Translations under genes and position numbers: made by a program | Assembly (NCBI GenBank): GCA_016926735.1 | Contig: JAFGOA010000123.1 | Span: forward strand, 1 to 20,224 | DNA from: Promethearchaeota archaeon | Lineage (GTDB): Archaea; Asgardarchaeota; Lokiarchaeia; Sigyniarchaeales; SOKP01 | Direction of reading: 5' to 3' | Length of the DNA: 20,224 nucleotides | Shown here: positions 1 to 8,394 of the stretch, in pieces | Numbering within the stretch: the stretch's first letter is position 1 | Layout of the letters: the number at the start of each line of letters is the position of its first letter | The notes under the pieces: model-generated | Told to the model about the DNA's origin: nothing | The model's database searches: none | What the model saw: only the letters and a program-made list of their open reading frames with translations

Positions 1-117
1 ACAAATTTTTCCAATATTGTTTTAGTATGGACTTGATGTAAATCAGACCTATATCTTCTTTGAAGTTATATTTTTTAAATATTTATTTTATTCCTATATT
101 ATTTAAAAATAGATTAT

Positions 118-174
118 TTTTCATGGAAAATGTAGTGCTTTTAATGGAAATTGAATGTGAAATAGGGGTATCAC
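118..174 (+). repeat. Dispersed intergenic repeat, copy 1
   Basis: ttttcatggaaaa (118-130) and ttttaatggaaat (139-151), 21 bp apart, followed by gtgaaataggggtatcac (157-174). The same layout recurs at 2041 and 2974. Confidence 0.85.
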
Positions 175-466
175 TAAACTCCTTCTAATAAGTGATAAAT
201 ACTATTTAATTGGTAATTGGTTATATTAATACATAAAAAATGAATTTTCAATAATAATATTAGGCTTTCAAGGAAATCATAGAAGATAGAAAAATAAAGG
301 ATTTTTTTTTAATTTTTGATTAAAAATTACAATTCTTTTTGGTTTTAGATTTTAGAACTAATCTGCAATATAATAAAAAGAGATGACAATACTTAGATAT
401 AGATTTCTTCTAGATTTATCAAAGATGATAATAATTAAGAATCAAGATTTATTATCTTTATTTCTC

Positions 467-1510
467 TCAATTTGTAGTTATTTTACTAAATACTATATTA
501 GTTTCTTCTTTAACAATACATATACTCATAGGATTAAGGTTAATAACTTTAAGTTGTATTTTTTGGTTAGGTTTAGGTGATAATGTAATTATATCATTTA
601 AGGTGACTGGAAAATCAATTAACTCTTTCTTTATTAAAAATTCAGATTTAGAATTCATTTTAACTGTTTTACTCATAGGTTTTAATACAAGATTTTTTGC
701 GATTGCAGGTTCAACTTTTTGAATTTCTACAGTATCATTTATATCCGTCCCTGTGTTCATTCTAATACAAGAATCAATTCTGATTATGTCCAGACCAATG
801 TCTTGTGGATAACTTGGCCAAGCAATTCCTACACTTTCTCTTTTTCCTACTATAGAAATCACATCACCTGCTTCAATAAATAATTCTTTCATTGTCCTTA
901 CATCGATCCTGATGATATTCCGCCCAATATCTCTTAATTTAGCTTCTTTAATTTGTAGTGATCTTTTTTGATTCTCAAATTTTTCCTTAATTGTAAATTT
1001 TGTTTTTTGTGTGATAATACATATACTTTCAGGTTTGAGATCAATAACTTTAAACTTTATAATTCGATTTATTCCAATTTTAAAAAAAATGAGATCATCT
1101 ATGGTGACTGGATAATTAATTAACTTTTTCTTTATAAAAATTTCAACTTTTGGATTAACTTGAAGTTTTGAATTAATAGGTGCTAAAACAAGATTTTTTG
1201 CGATTGCAGGTTCAACTTTTTGAATTTCTACAGTATTATTTATATCAGTCCCTGTATTTATGCTAATAAGAGAATCTACTCTAACAAATCCTAATCCATT
1301 ATCTTTTGGATCACTCGGCCAAGCTATTCCTACACTTTCCTTTTTACCTCGAATACTAATCACATCACCAGTTTTAATATCTAATTCATCCATTGTGTTT
1401 GAATCAATTTGAACAATTATTCTTTCAATCTCTTTTATTTTTTTTTTTAAGATATAACGTTTTGATTTTATAGTATTATTATTTTTGTTTTTTTTTTCAA
1501 ATTCTGACAT
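467..1510 (-). CDS. Protein of two tandem CDC48/p97/VAT N-terminal domains (CDC48_N + CDC48_2, twice), with no AAA+ module
   Basis: Two ~167-aa repeats carrying 'EAKLRDIGRNIIRID..M..L....GDVI.I.GKRESVGIAWPS', 'RID...R.NTGTDINDTVEIQKVEP..AK..VL.P' and 'PVT..D', typical of the CDC48 double-psi barrel plus beta-clam. No Walker A/B. The first ATG is at 1510 (MSEFEK); the ORF track starts at a TTG at 1519. Confidence 0.85.
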   Translation of the reverse strand: MSEFEKKNKNNNTIKSKRYILKKKIKEIERIIVQIDSNTMDELDIKTGDVISIRGKKESVGIAWPSDPKDNGLGFVRVDSLISINTGTDINNTVEIQKVEPAIAKNLVLAPINSKLQVNPKVEIFIKKKLINYPVTIDDLIFFKIGINRIIKFKVIDLKPESICIITQKTKFTIKEKFENQKRSLQIKEAKLRDIGRNIIRIDVRTMKELFIEAGDVISIVGKRESVGIAWPSYPQDIGLDIIRIDSCIRMNTGTDINDTVEIQKVEPAIAKNLVLKPMSKTVKMNSKSEFLIKKELIDFPVTLNDIITLSPKPNQKIQLKVINLNPMSICIVKEETNIVFSKITTN

Positions 1511-2040
1511 AATAATCAATTAACAGATTTTTTTCTTCAGTAAGAAATTTAAAGTAATATTTATATTTTTTCAATAAAATTTGGATCTTAATATGTTTAG
1601 CCGGGTTTAAAATATCTTATACGCTACTTAACATTCATTATATTCATCAAAACTGATTTTATCAAAATTCTATTTTTAATATTAAAAAAAAAATGTTAAA
1701 AAAACTTAATATATTATGTCACTTGATAAATTTCCCGCCTCATTATTATTAATAAGTATATATAATGACCTTATTTCAATATGGTTGTTGGAACCAAAAT
1801 CATTCTCTCTTTCTTCTATTGTTAAAAATATAATCAATATGGTTATATATAGTTAGAAAAAATAATTCTTTATCTTATTTTTATTAAAGAAATTATTTAT
1901 ATCATTACCTAAAACCAAATAAAAAAAAGATTTTATTCAAGAAAACTTAAATCTGTAAGTATATGTTTCGTTGGGAAGATATAATTGTAGATAATTAAAT
2001 TAATCTAAATTTAATATAATAATTTTAGAAATAAAATTAT

Positions 2041-2112
2041 TCTTAATGGAAAATGTTGTAATTTTAATGGAAAATCAAAGTGAAATAGGGGACAGGTAGT
2101 TCAAATCTTCAC
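2041..2112 (+). repeat. Dispersed intergenic repeat, copy 2
   Basis: tcttaatggaaaa (2041-2053), ttttaatggaaaa (2062-2074), gtgaaatagggg (2080-2091), then ttcac (2108-2112). Confidence 0.85.
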
Positions 2113-2179
2113 ACAATATTTATTTTTTTAGACTTCTATTTATAATATAGTATAAAAAAAAAAGAATTATATCTAAAAA

Positions 2180-2413
2180 ATGACATCAAATATAAATAAA
2201 ATTGGAAAAAAAGCATTAGAACTTTCCAATCATGATCGAGCATTATTAATCCGTCAATTATTAGAAAGTTTAGAAGAAGGGAAAGAAGAAGATAAAGCTG
2301 GAGAATTATGGATCGAAGAATCTAAACGTAGATACAATCTATATAAACAAGGAAAAACAACAGAGAAACCAGTAAACCAAGTAATAGAAGATGCAAAAAA
2401 CAACTTAAAATGA
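2180..2413 (+). CDS. Putative addiction-module antitoxin (TIGR02574-like, partner of RelE/ParE)
   Basis: 77 aa with the pattern 'ALELS..DRALL..QLLESL.....W.EE..RR...Y..G'. It lies upstream of the toxin with an ATGA overlap at 2410-2413. Confidence 0.8.
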   Translation: MTSNINKIGKKALELSNHDRALLIRQLLESLEEGKEEDKAGELWIEESKRRYNLYKQGKTTEKPVNQVIEDAKNNLK

Positions 2414-2709
2414 GAACAATCACTTTTATTTTAGAAGCTGAAGAAGAAATGAATTTTTCAGCTCAATATTATAATCAGCAAGCTTTAGGATTGGGAATAA
2501 ATTTTCTTGAAGAAATCGAAAAATCAATTCATCTTATTAAAGAAAATCCTGAACGATATCCCTTTTATGATAAAGATATACACAAATTTAATATTAGACG
2601 CTTTCCTTTTTCAATTTTTTATGTTTTTGAAAAAGAACTAGATAAAATAATAATACTTGCTGTTGCTCATCAAAAGAGGAAACCTAATTATTGGAGAGAT
2701 AGAATTTAA
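2410..2709 (+). CDS. parE: Type II toxin, RelE/ParE family
   Basis: 99 aa: 'F..EAEEE......YY.....GLG..F..EI......I..NP..YP', 'RRFPFSIFY', 'IIILAVAHQKRKPNYW', the typical ParE-like plasmid-stabilisation signature. Confidence 0.88.
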   Translation: MRTITFILEAEEEMNFSAQYYNQQALGLGINFLEEIEKSIHLIKENPERYPFYDKDIHKFNIRRFPFSIFYVFEKELDKIIILAVAHQKRKPNYWRDRI

Positions 2710-2973
2710 TTTAAATTATTTTAAAGATACTAGAATAACATGAATCTCTAAATATAACAAAAAAAATAGAGGTTTGATTCCTTGATTTCTATCAAAAATA
2801 ACTAAAATCTATTCTATGGAGATTAAAGCCGTTTTAAGGTATACTGATTATAAAAAATGAGAAGGGTCAAAGTGACGGCAATTGAACATATATCTCTTAA
2901 AAAATAGTATTTTTTTAATTGTATTTTTTTAATAACAATCTTATCGATAGAAATTGTTTTTTTGAAAATAAGT

Positions 2974-3033
2974 TTTTAATGGAAAATATAATAATTTTAA
3001 TGGAAAACGAACGTGAAATTTGGGGGTTTCACG
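2974..3033 (+). repeat. Dispersed intergenic repeat, copy 3
   Basis: ttttaatggaaaa (2974-2986), ttttaatggaaaa (2995-3007), then a perfect 7-bp hairpin cgtgaaa-tttggggg-tttcacg (3012-3033). Confidence 0.85.
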
Positions 3034-3217
3034 AACTATTTATTAATGAATATTAACTATTAGAGTTTTAATATGAAAATATTAGGTCTAAAACCACATT
3101 TTTAAATATAAAATACTAATAGTAATCTATATAAAGAGACAAAATAAAAAAAAATATTCAAGGATGATATTTCTTTAATATCTTTTTTAAATAGATATAA
3201 TTTAGTGAATATAATAT

Positions 3218-6190
3218 ATGACAACAGAAAATAATCTTAATTCTGAAGAAGTAAAGACGATCTTTGAAATTGGAGAGATAGTTAGAGCAAGAGATAGATT
3301 ATGGAGAATAGATAGGATTAATAGAATTGAAAAAGAAATTAAGAAGGAAAAAAAAGAATTCATAGTATACACAGTAAGTAATATTACAGGTCAACCATCA
3401 AATCAGTTATTAATTCCTGAAATTGAGAAGATTGAGAAATCTATACTTCCAAGACCAAAATCGGATGTTATAGGAAGCCCTATCTATCAGAGACTTTTAC
3501 TTGATGCAATGAAATTAGATTTAATATATGGTACCAGTTCATTTATAAGTCTACAAAATTCGAAAGTAATTCCAATTTCATATCAGATGGTTCCAGTTTT
3601 AATGGCTTTAAACCTAAAAAATGTAAGATTATTATTAGCTGATGATGTTGGTTTAGGAAAGACTATTGAGGCAGGTTTGATTCTTCAAGAGTTAATAGGG
3701 AGAAAACGAATAAATCGAGTATTAATTGTTGTACCTGCTAATCTTAGAGAGCAATGGCAAACAATACTGAGAAGATTTTTTAGTATTGATACAGTTATAA
3801 TGTCAAGAAGGAATCGTAGAATGTTAGAGTCTGAATTATTAGTAGGAGGAAATCCTTGGGGTTATTACAATTTCATAATAGTATCTATCGATTATGCAAA
3901 ACAATTTGAAGTTAAAGAAGAAATTTTACAATTCGAATGGGATATGGTTATAATTGATGAAGCTCATAATGTAATGAGACCTCATTCTGGATCGAATGAA
4001 GAAACAACTAAAAATTTTAAGCAGAGTTATGGATTTGCGAAAATTCTTGCAGAAAAATATTCAAATTTACTTTTATTAACTGCCACACCTCATAATGGAT
4101 ATAAAGATTGTTTTTCTAGCTTGCTTGAAATGATAAGTCCTGAATTAGTTTCTCTCGAAGATGGTAACGAGTACAAGATTCATAGAGACATAGCAATTAA
4201 CCATATTTGCCAAAGAAGAAGAGAGGATGTTGAAGATTGGATAAAAGATAGTAAATATAATAAGAATCCTTTTCCAAAAAGGGATTCTGATGAAATTTAT
4301 ATTACTCCTTCTCAACAATTTAAAGATACAATTGAAATTCTAAATGATTTTTCTCAACATGTACTTCAACGGTCTGATAAAACTCTTTCTGAAGAAAAAA
4401 AACTAAATATTTGGACTATATTACATTTTCATAAACGTGCAATTAGCTCTCCTAATGCTCTTCTCTGTTCTGTTAATAATAGAATGAACGAAATCGATAA
4501 AAAATTACAGAAGAATTATCAAGCAATTCAAGAAGTTAAATCGTTACTTTCTTCCCAAGAGGCTGCACAATCTGTTATGGATGGTTATGAGACAGATAGA
4601 TTATCTGAGTATGAAATAGATAATCGAAATGATAAATTAATATTGACAAAAACACTCGAAGATCTACAAATAGAAAAGAAATTATTACAAAATGTGAAAA
4701 TAACAGCTGGAAAATTAAAAGAGAATGACACTAAACTTATCGATTTATTGGACAAAATTCTTCCAGAGTGTTTTAAATATTCTAAAAAAATTATTATATT
4801 TACTCGATATATTGACACATTAACGTATATAAAAGAAAATTTACTGGAAAAAAAACAAAATACCTTAAAATTCAAAGAATTTGAAATTTTAACTGTACAT
4901 GGAAGAATGCCATCCCAAAGAAGACAAGATAACTATAATAAATTCTTGGAATCAGAGCAAGGAATATTGATCTCTACAGATTGTATGGCCGAAGGAATTG
5001 ATTTACAATTTTCTGCTAATCAAGTTATTAATTATGAACTTACATGGAATCCCAATCGTCTTGAGCAAAGAAATGGTAGAATAGATAGATTTGGGCAACC
5101 AGAAGAGAATATTTATATTAGAACTTTAATCATGAAAGATACAATAGAGATGAATATACTAGAAGCATTAGTTAAGAAAGCAGATGAAATAAAAAAAGCT
5201 TATGGATTTATACCAGGATTTTTTGGTGATCCAGAGAAAATTATTGATCATATTAGAGAAAAACGAATGAAAAAAAAAGAAATAGATTTACAAACTACTT
5301 TGGATAAATGGTTGACTTTTTCTAAATCTTTAGATGATGTATTGTCTGTGTTCTTCTCAGAACATAAAATTAAAGAAATGGTGGAAGATTCATTTTATGG
5401 TCATAATAATATCAATCTTCAAGAAATTGAAGAGAGAATGAAATTAACCGAGGAAAATATTGGGAATGAAAAAACACTCCTTAGTTTTGTAAGAAAAGCT
5501 GTTGATCTTTACGGTGGTAAAGTAAAATTAAAACAAAAACAAATGGAGATTTATGAAATTACCTTACCTGATCATATTCAAAAAGACATAGGAGTTAAAT
5601 TTGATGAAGGTTATTTAATAACTCCAAATAGAGAAATAAATGCTCAGCATCATAATATTGAAGGAGTTCATCTCAAAAATCCTATAGTATCTGGATTAAT
5701 AGAAAAAATAAAAAATGAGGCATTTTCAATCGATAATGAATTTTATGGAAGAACTACTGCTTTTTCGAGTGTTAAAGTATCAAAAATCTCTACAATAATT
5801 AATATTAAAATTAGATACATAATAAATACAGAACCTAAAACCTTAATGGAAGAAATAATACATTTTGGTATAGATTTATTTGATGGATCACTTCTACAAG
5901 AAGAAAATATTAATGCAATATGGAGCTCTGAATGGAAAAATCACAATAAAAAGGATATTGAATTAAAAAAGCATCTAAGAAAAACCCTGGAATTATCTAA
6001 TTTAAATGAATTAATTAGTACTGTAGTAAATAAGAGATTGGTATTTCTTATTGACGAAAGAAAAAAGATGATAAAAAATCTAAATGAACAAGGGATTACT
6101 ACAGATTTAAGGGGATTAGATGATGTCAATGTTAAGGGAACAGATTTAGTCACTATTACTTTAGTATATCCAATCATAGGAGGTAATTGA
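3218..6190 (+). CDS. drmD: SNF2-family helicase, DISARM DrmD-like
   Basis: Motifs LLADDVGLGKTIEAG (I), IIDEAH (II), LLTATPH (III), STDCMAEGIDLQ (V), WNPNRLEQRNGRIDRFGQ (VI). N-terminal 'GEIVRARDRLWRI'. Directly upstream of an N6-MTase. Confidence 0.85.
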   Translation: MTTENNLNSEEVKTIFEIGEIVRARDRLWRIDRINRIEKEIKKEKKEFIVYTVSNITGQPSNQLLIPEIEKIEKSILPRPKSDVIGSPIYQRLLLDAMKLDLIYGTSSFISLQNSKVIPISYQMVPVLMALNLKNVRLLLADDVGLGKTIEAGLILQELIGRKRINRVLIVVPANLREQWQTILRRFFSIDTVIMSRRNRRMLESELLVGGNPWGYYNFIIVSIDYAKQFEVKEEILQFEWDMVIIDEAHNVMRPHSGSNEETTKNFKQSYGFAKILAEKYSNLLLLTATPHNGYKDCFSSLLEMISPELVSLEDGNEYKIHRDIAINHICQRRREDVEDWIKDSKYNKNPFPKRDSDEIYITPSQQFKDTIEILNDFSQHVLQRSDKTLSEEKKLNIWTILHFHKRAISSPNALLCSVNNRMNEIDKKLQKNYQAIQEVKSLLSSQEAAQSVMDGYETDRLSEYEIDNRNDKLILTKTLEDLQIEKKLLQNVKITAGKLKENDTKLIDLLDKILPECFKYSKKIIIFTRYIDTLTYIKENLLEKKQNTLKFKEFEILTVHGRMPSQRRQDNYNKFLESEQGILISTDCMAEGIDLQFSANQVINYELTWNPNRLEQRNGRIDRFGQPEENIYIRTLIMKDTIEMNILEALVKKADEIKKAYGFIPGFFGDPEKIIDHIREKRMKKKEIDLQTTLDKWLTFSKSLDDVLSVFFSEHKIKEMVEDSFYGHNNINLQEIEERMKLTEENIGNEKTLLSFVRKAVDLYGGKVKLKQKQMEIYEITLPDHIQKDIGVKFDEGYLITPNREINAQHHNIEGVHLKNPIVSGLIEKIKNEAFSIDNEFYGRTTAFSSVKVSKISTIINIKIRYIINTEPKTLMEEIIHFGIDLFDGSLLQEENINAIWSSEWKNHNKKDIELKKHLRKTLELSNLNELISTVVNKRLVFLIDERKKMIKNLNEQGITTDLRGLDDVNVKGTDLVTITLVYPIIGGN
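6178..6184 (+). promoter_or_regulatory. Shine-Dalgarno-like AGGAGGT for the MTase gene
   Basis: aggaggt at the end of the SNF2 gene. The spacing fits the in-frame TTG at 6193 (8 nt) better than the TTG at 6187 (2 nt). Confidence 0.55.
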
Positions 6191-8313
6191 AATTGGTCTC
6201 TAAAAATTCACTTTTAAGAAATATCAGGTTAAGTGGAGGATTATTTACTGAAAATATTCTCTTAAGATTGCGTGATAACCCAGAACAATTAGAAATTGGA
6301 AAAATTAAATCATTTATTAAGGAAGACAAAAAAGATGAAAGAAAAAAATTTAGAGATAAACTTAGAGATATTTTTGAATGGTGCATAGAAAAATGGGATG
6401 AAATATCACCAGAAATTAACAATTGGAGTTTAGATGACCTAATTGAGAAATGGTTAATTCCTTTTTTTTTACAATTACAATATGATTTAGAGCCATTTAA
6501 AAAAAAAGAAGAAAATATTGATAATGATAATCCAATAACTGACTATTTGCTAACTTATCAATCATCAGGTCATATGAATCCCTTTTTTAAATTTGTAAAT
6601 AATAATGACGATTTGGAATCCAAAATAGACACTAATATAAGAAAGAATTCATACCATAATCTTTGTCAACAGTTTATCAATTTGAATCCTGAGATTAATT
6701 GGTTATTCCTTTCAAATGGTCGGATATTACGGTTATTGACAAAATATTACCATACATATTCGAAAGGATATTTAGAATTTGATTTGGAAAATATTTTTGC
6801 AAATAGAGATTTTAAAGAATTTAATACAATGTATATGATCATCCACTCAAGTCGATTTGTTCCTAAATTTAAGAATAATACCACAATAATTTCGGACTTT
6901 AAACAAGAATCAATTTCTGAGGGTGTTAAAATTGGTGATGCACTCCGTAATAATATTCATGAAGCTTTAGAATTACTTGGAGATGAATTGATTCAACAAA
7001 ATCCCAGATTTTTAGATTTAATAATCGAAGATAAGTTTGATAAAGAAGAATATTATGCTGAATTATTAAGAATCATATATAGAATTATATTTATTTTATA
7101 TGCAGAACAACGTGAGATGTTACCAGGTGTTGGAAGCATATATTTTGAAGAATTTTCATTAACTACCTTAAAAATGTTAGCAGAAAAGCCAATTAAACCG
7201 GAAAAAAATTATGATTTATGGAATAAAATGTTTTTAACATTTAATCTTGTAGGAAATGGAAATGAGTTTCTTGAAATCAATACGTATAATGGGGGATTAT
7301 TTGATGATGATAATTTGAAAATAATATTGGAGAATAAGCTAAAAATTTCTAATAATGTGCTTTTAAAAATAATTCGAGATATCACAACTACCAAGACAAA
7401 TAATATTCGACAGAGGATTAATTTTCTTGAAATAAACGAAGAAGAAATTGGTGCTATTTATGAATCACTTTTGGATTATAAACCTTATGTCAATGAAAAT
7501 CATCATTTTCAATTGATAGAGGGTACTGAAAGAAAAAGTACAGGTTCTTATTATACACCTAAAGAATTAATAGATATCTTAATAAGGACAACTCTTCAAC
7601 CATTAGTTGAAGATCGTTTAAAAAATATTGAAAATGATATTAATGAAAAGGAAAATGCAATCTTAGATATTAAGGTTTGTGATCCTGCATGTGGGGGCGG
7701 TACTTTTCTTTTAGCTGCTTTAGATTATCTTGGAAAATATTTAGCAGAGGTTAGAACTGGGATAGATTCTCCTTTAGACGTTGATTTAAGAGAAGCGAGA
7801 AGAGATATTTTACAACATTGTATATATGGTGTTGATCTGAATCCTTTAGCGGTAGAACTAGCAAAAATTTCACTTTGGTTGAGAGCTAGTGTTAAAAATA
7901 AACCACTGAATTTTCTTGATAATCACATTAAATGTGGAAATAGTTTAATTGGTTTTGGGCAAAGAATTAATATTAATGAAATAAATCCTAATGCTTTTAA
8001 CGCTATTTCGGGAAATAAAAGCACTGGTATACCATCTGAGAATAAAAAATTAATGATCAGAGCCCGTGAAATAATTAAAAAAGAAATTAATGAACGAAAA
8101 ATAAAAGGAAGTCCTACGCTTATTACTTCATTTTTTATTAAGAAAAGAACTGCTGACATATGTAGTTTAAAATTTCAAGAGATTATTAATATGTCAGAGA
8201 ATAAACCAGAAAAAATAAAGAAAAAAGAATCTAAATATAAAAAATTAAGGAAAAATGAAAATTATCAACAAGCAATTAGTGAAGCAAATATTTGGACGTC
8301 TACTTTCTTTTAG
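6187..8313 (+). CDS. N-terminal fragment of the N6-adenine MTase (motif X and SAM-binding motif I)
   Basis: YNGGLF, IGAIYESLL, GSYYTP, DPACGGG. Ends at the premature TAG. Confidence 0.6.
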   Translation: MKLVSKNSLLRNIRLSGGLFTENILLRLRDNPEQLEIGKIKSFIKEDKKDERKKFRDKLRDIFEWCIEKWDEISPEINNWSLDDLIEKWLIPFFLQLQYDLEPFKKKEENIDNDNPITDYLLTYQSSGHMNPFFKFVNNNDDLESKIDTNIRKNSYHNLCQQFINLNPEINWLFLSNGRILRLLTKYYHTYSKGYLEFDLENIFANRDFKEFNTMYMIIHSSRFVPKFKNNTTIISDFKQESISEGVKIGDALRNNIHEALELLGDELIQQNPRFLDLIIEDKFDKEEYYAELLRIIYRIIFILYAEQREMLPGVGSIYFEEFSLTTLKMLAEKPIKPEKNYDLWNKMFLTFNLVGNGNEFLEINTYNGGLFDDDNLKIILENKLKISNNVLLKIIRDITTTKTNNIRQRINFLEINEEEIGAIYESLLDYKPYVNENHHFQLIEGTERKSTGSYYTPKELIDILIRTTLQPLVEDRLKNIENDINEKENAILDIKVCDPACGGGTFLLAALDYLGKYLAEVRTGIDSPLDVDLREARRDILQHCIYGVDLNPLAVELAKISLWLRASVKNKPLNFLDNHIKCGNSLIGFGQRININEINPNAFNAISGNKSTGIPSENKKLMIRAREIIKKEINERKIKGSPTLITSFFIKKRTADICSLKFQEIINMSENKPEKIKKKESKYKKLRKNENYQQAISEANIWTSTFF

Positions 8314-8394
8314 TCTTTCGATGGAAACGTTCTTGGTAAAATTCCAAGATATACTACAATTGAACAACTTAGAAATAATCTTAATGATCTAGAA

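Noticed and set aside
383-580. 65-aa + strand ORF
   Set aside because: Antisense overlap with the CDC48-N gene, and low-complexity F/I/L composition typical of a shadow ORF.
1520-2040. Long AT-rich intergenic stretch as an ncRNA, promoter set or pseudogene
   Set aside because: No convincing ORF remnant or stable structure is visible, and TATA-like and poly-T strings are expected by chance at this AT content.
2095-2112. ggtagTTCAAATcttca, resembling a tRNA T-arm or att remnant
   Set aside because: Only 3 of 5 stem pairs form and there is no acceptor stem or other tRNA arm, so it is too weak to call.
118-3033. Repeats as a CRISPR array or canonical attC sites
   Set aside because: Copies are 0.9-1.9 kb apart with genes between them, there are no cas genes, and I found no RYYYAAC...GTTRRRY ends.
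8311-8313. Genome-wide TAG reassignment (alternative genetic code)
   Set aside because: The other long genes (990, 1769 and 688 aa) contain no internal TAG. One isolated case fits a point change better.
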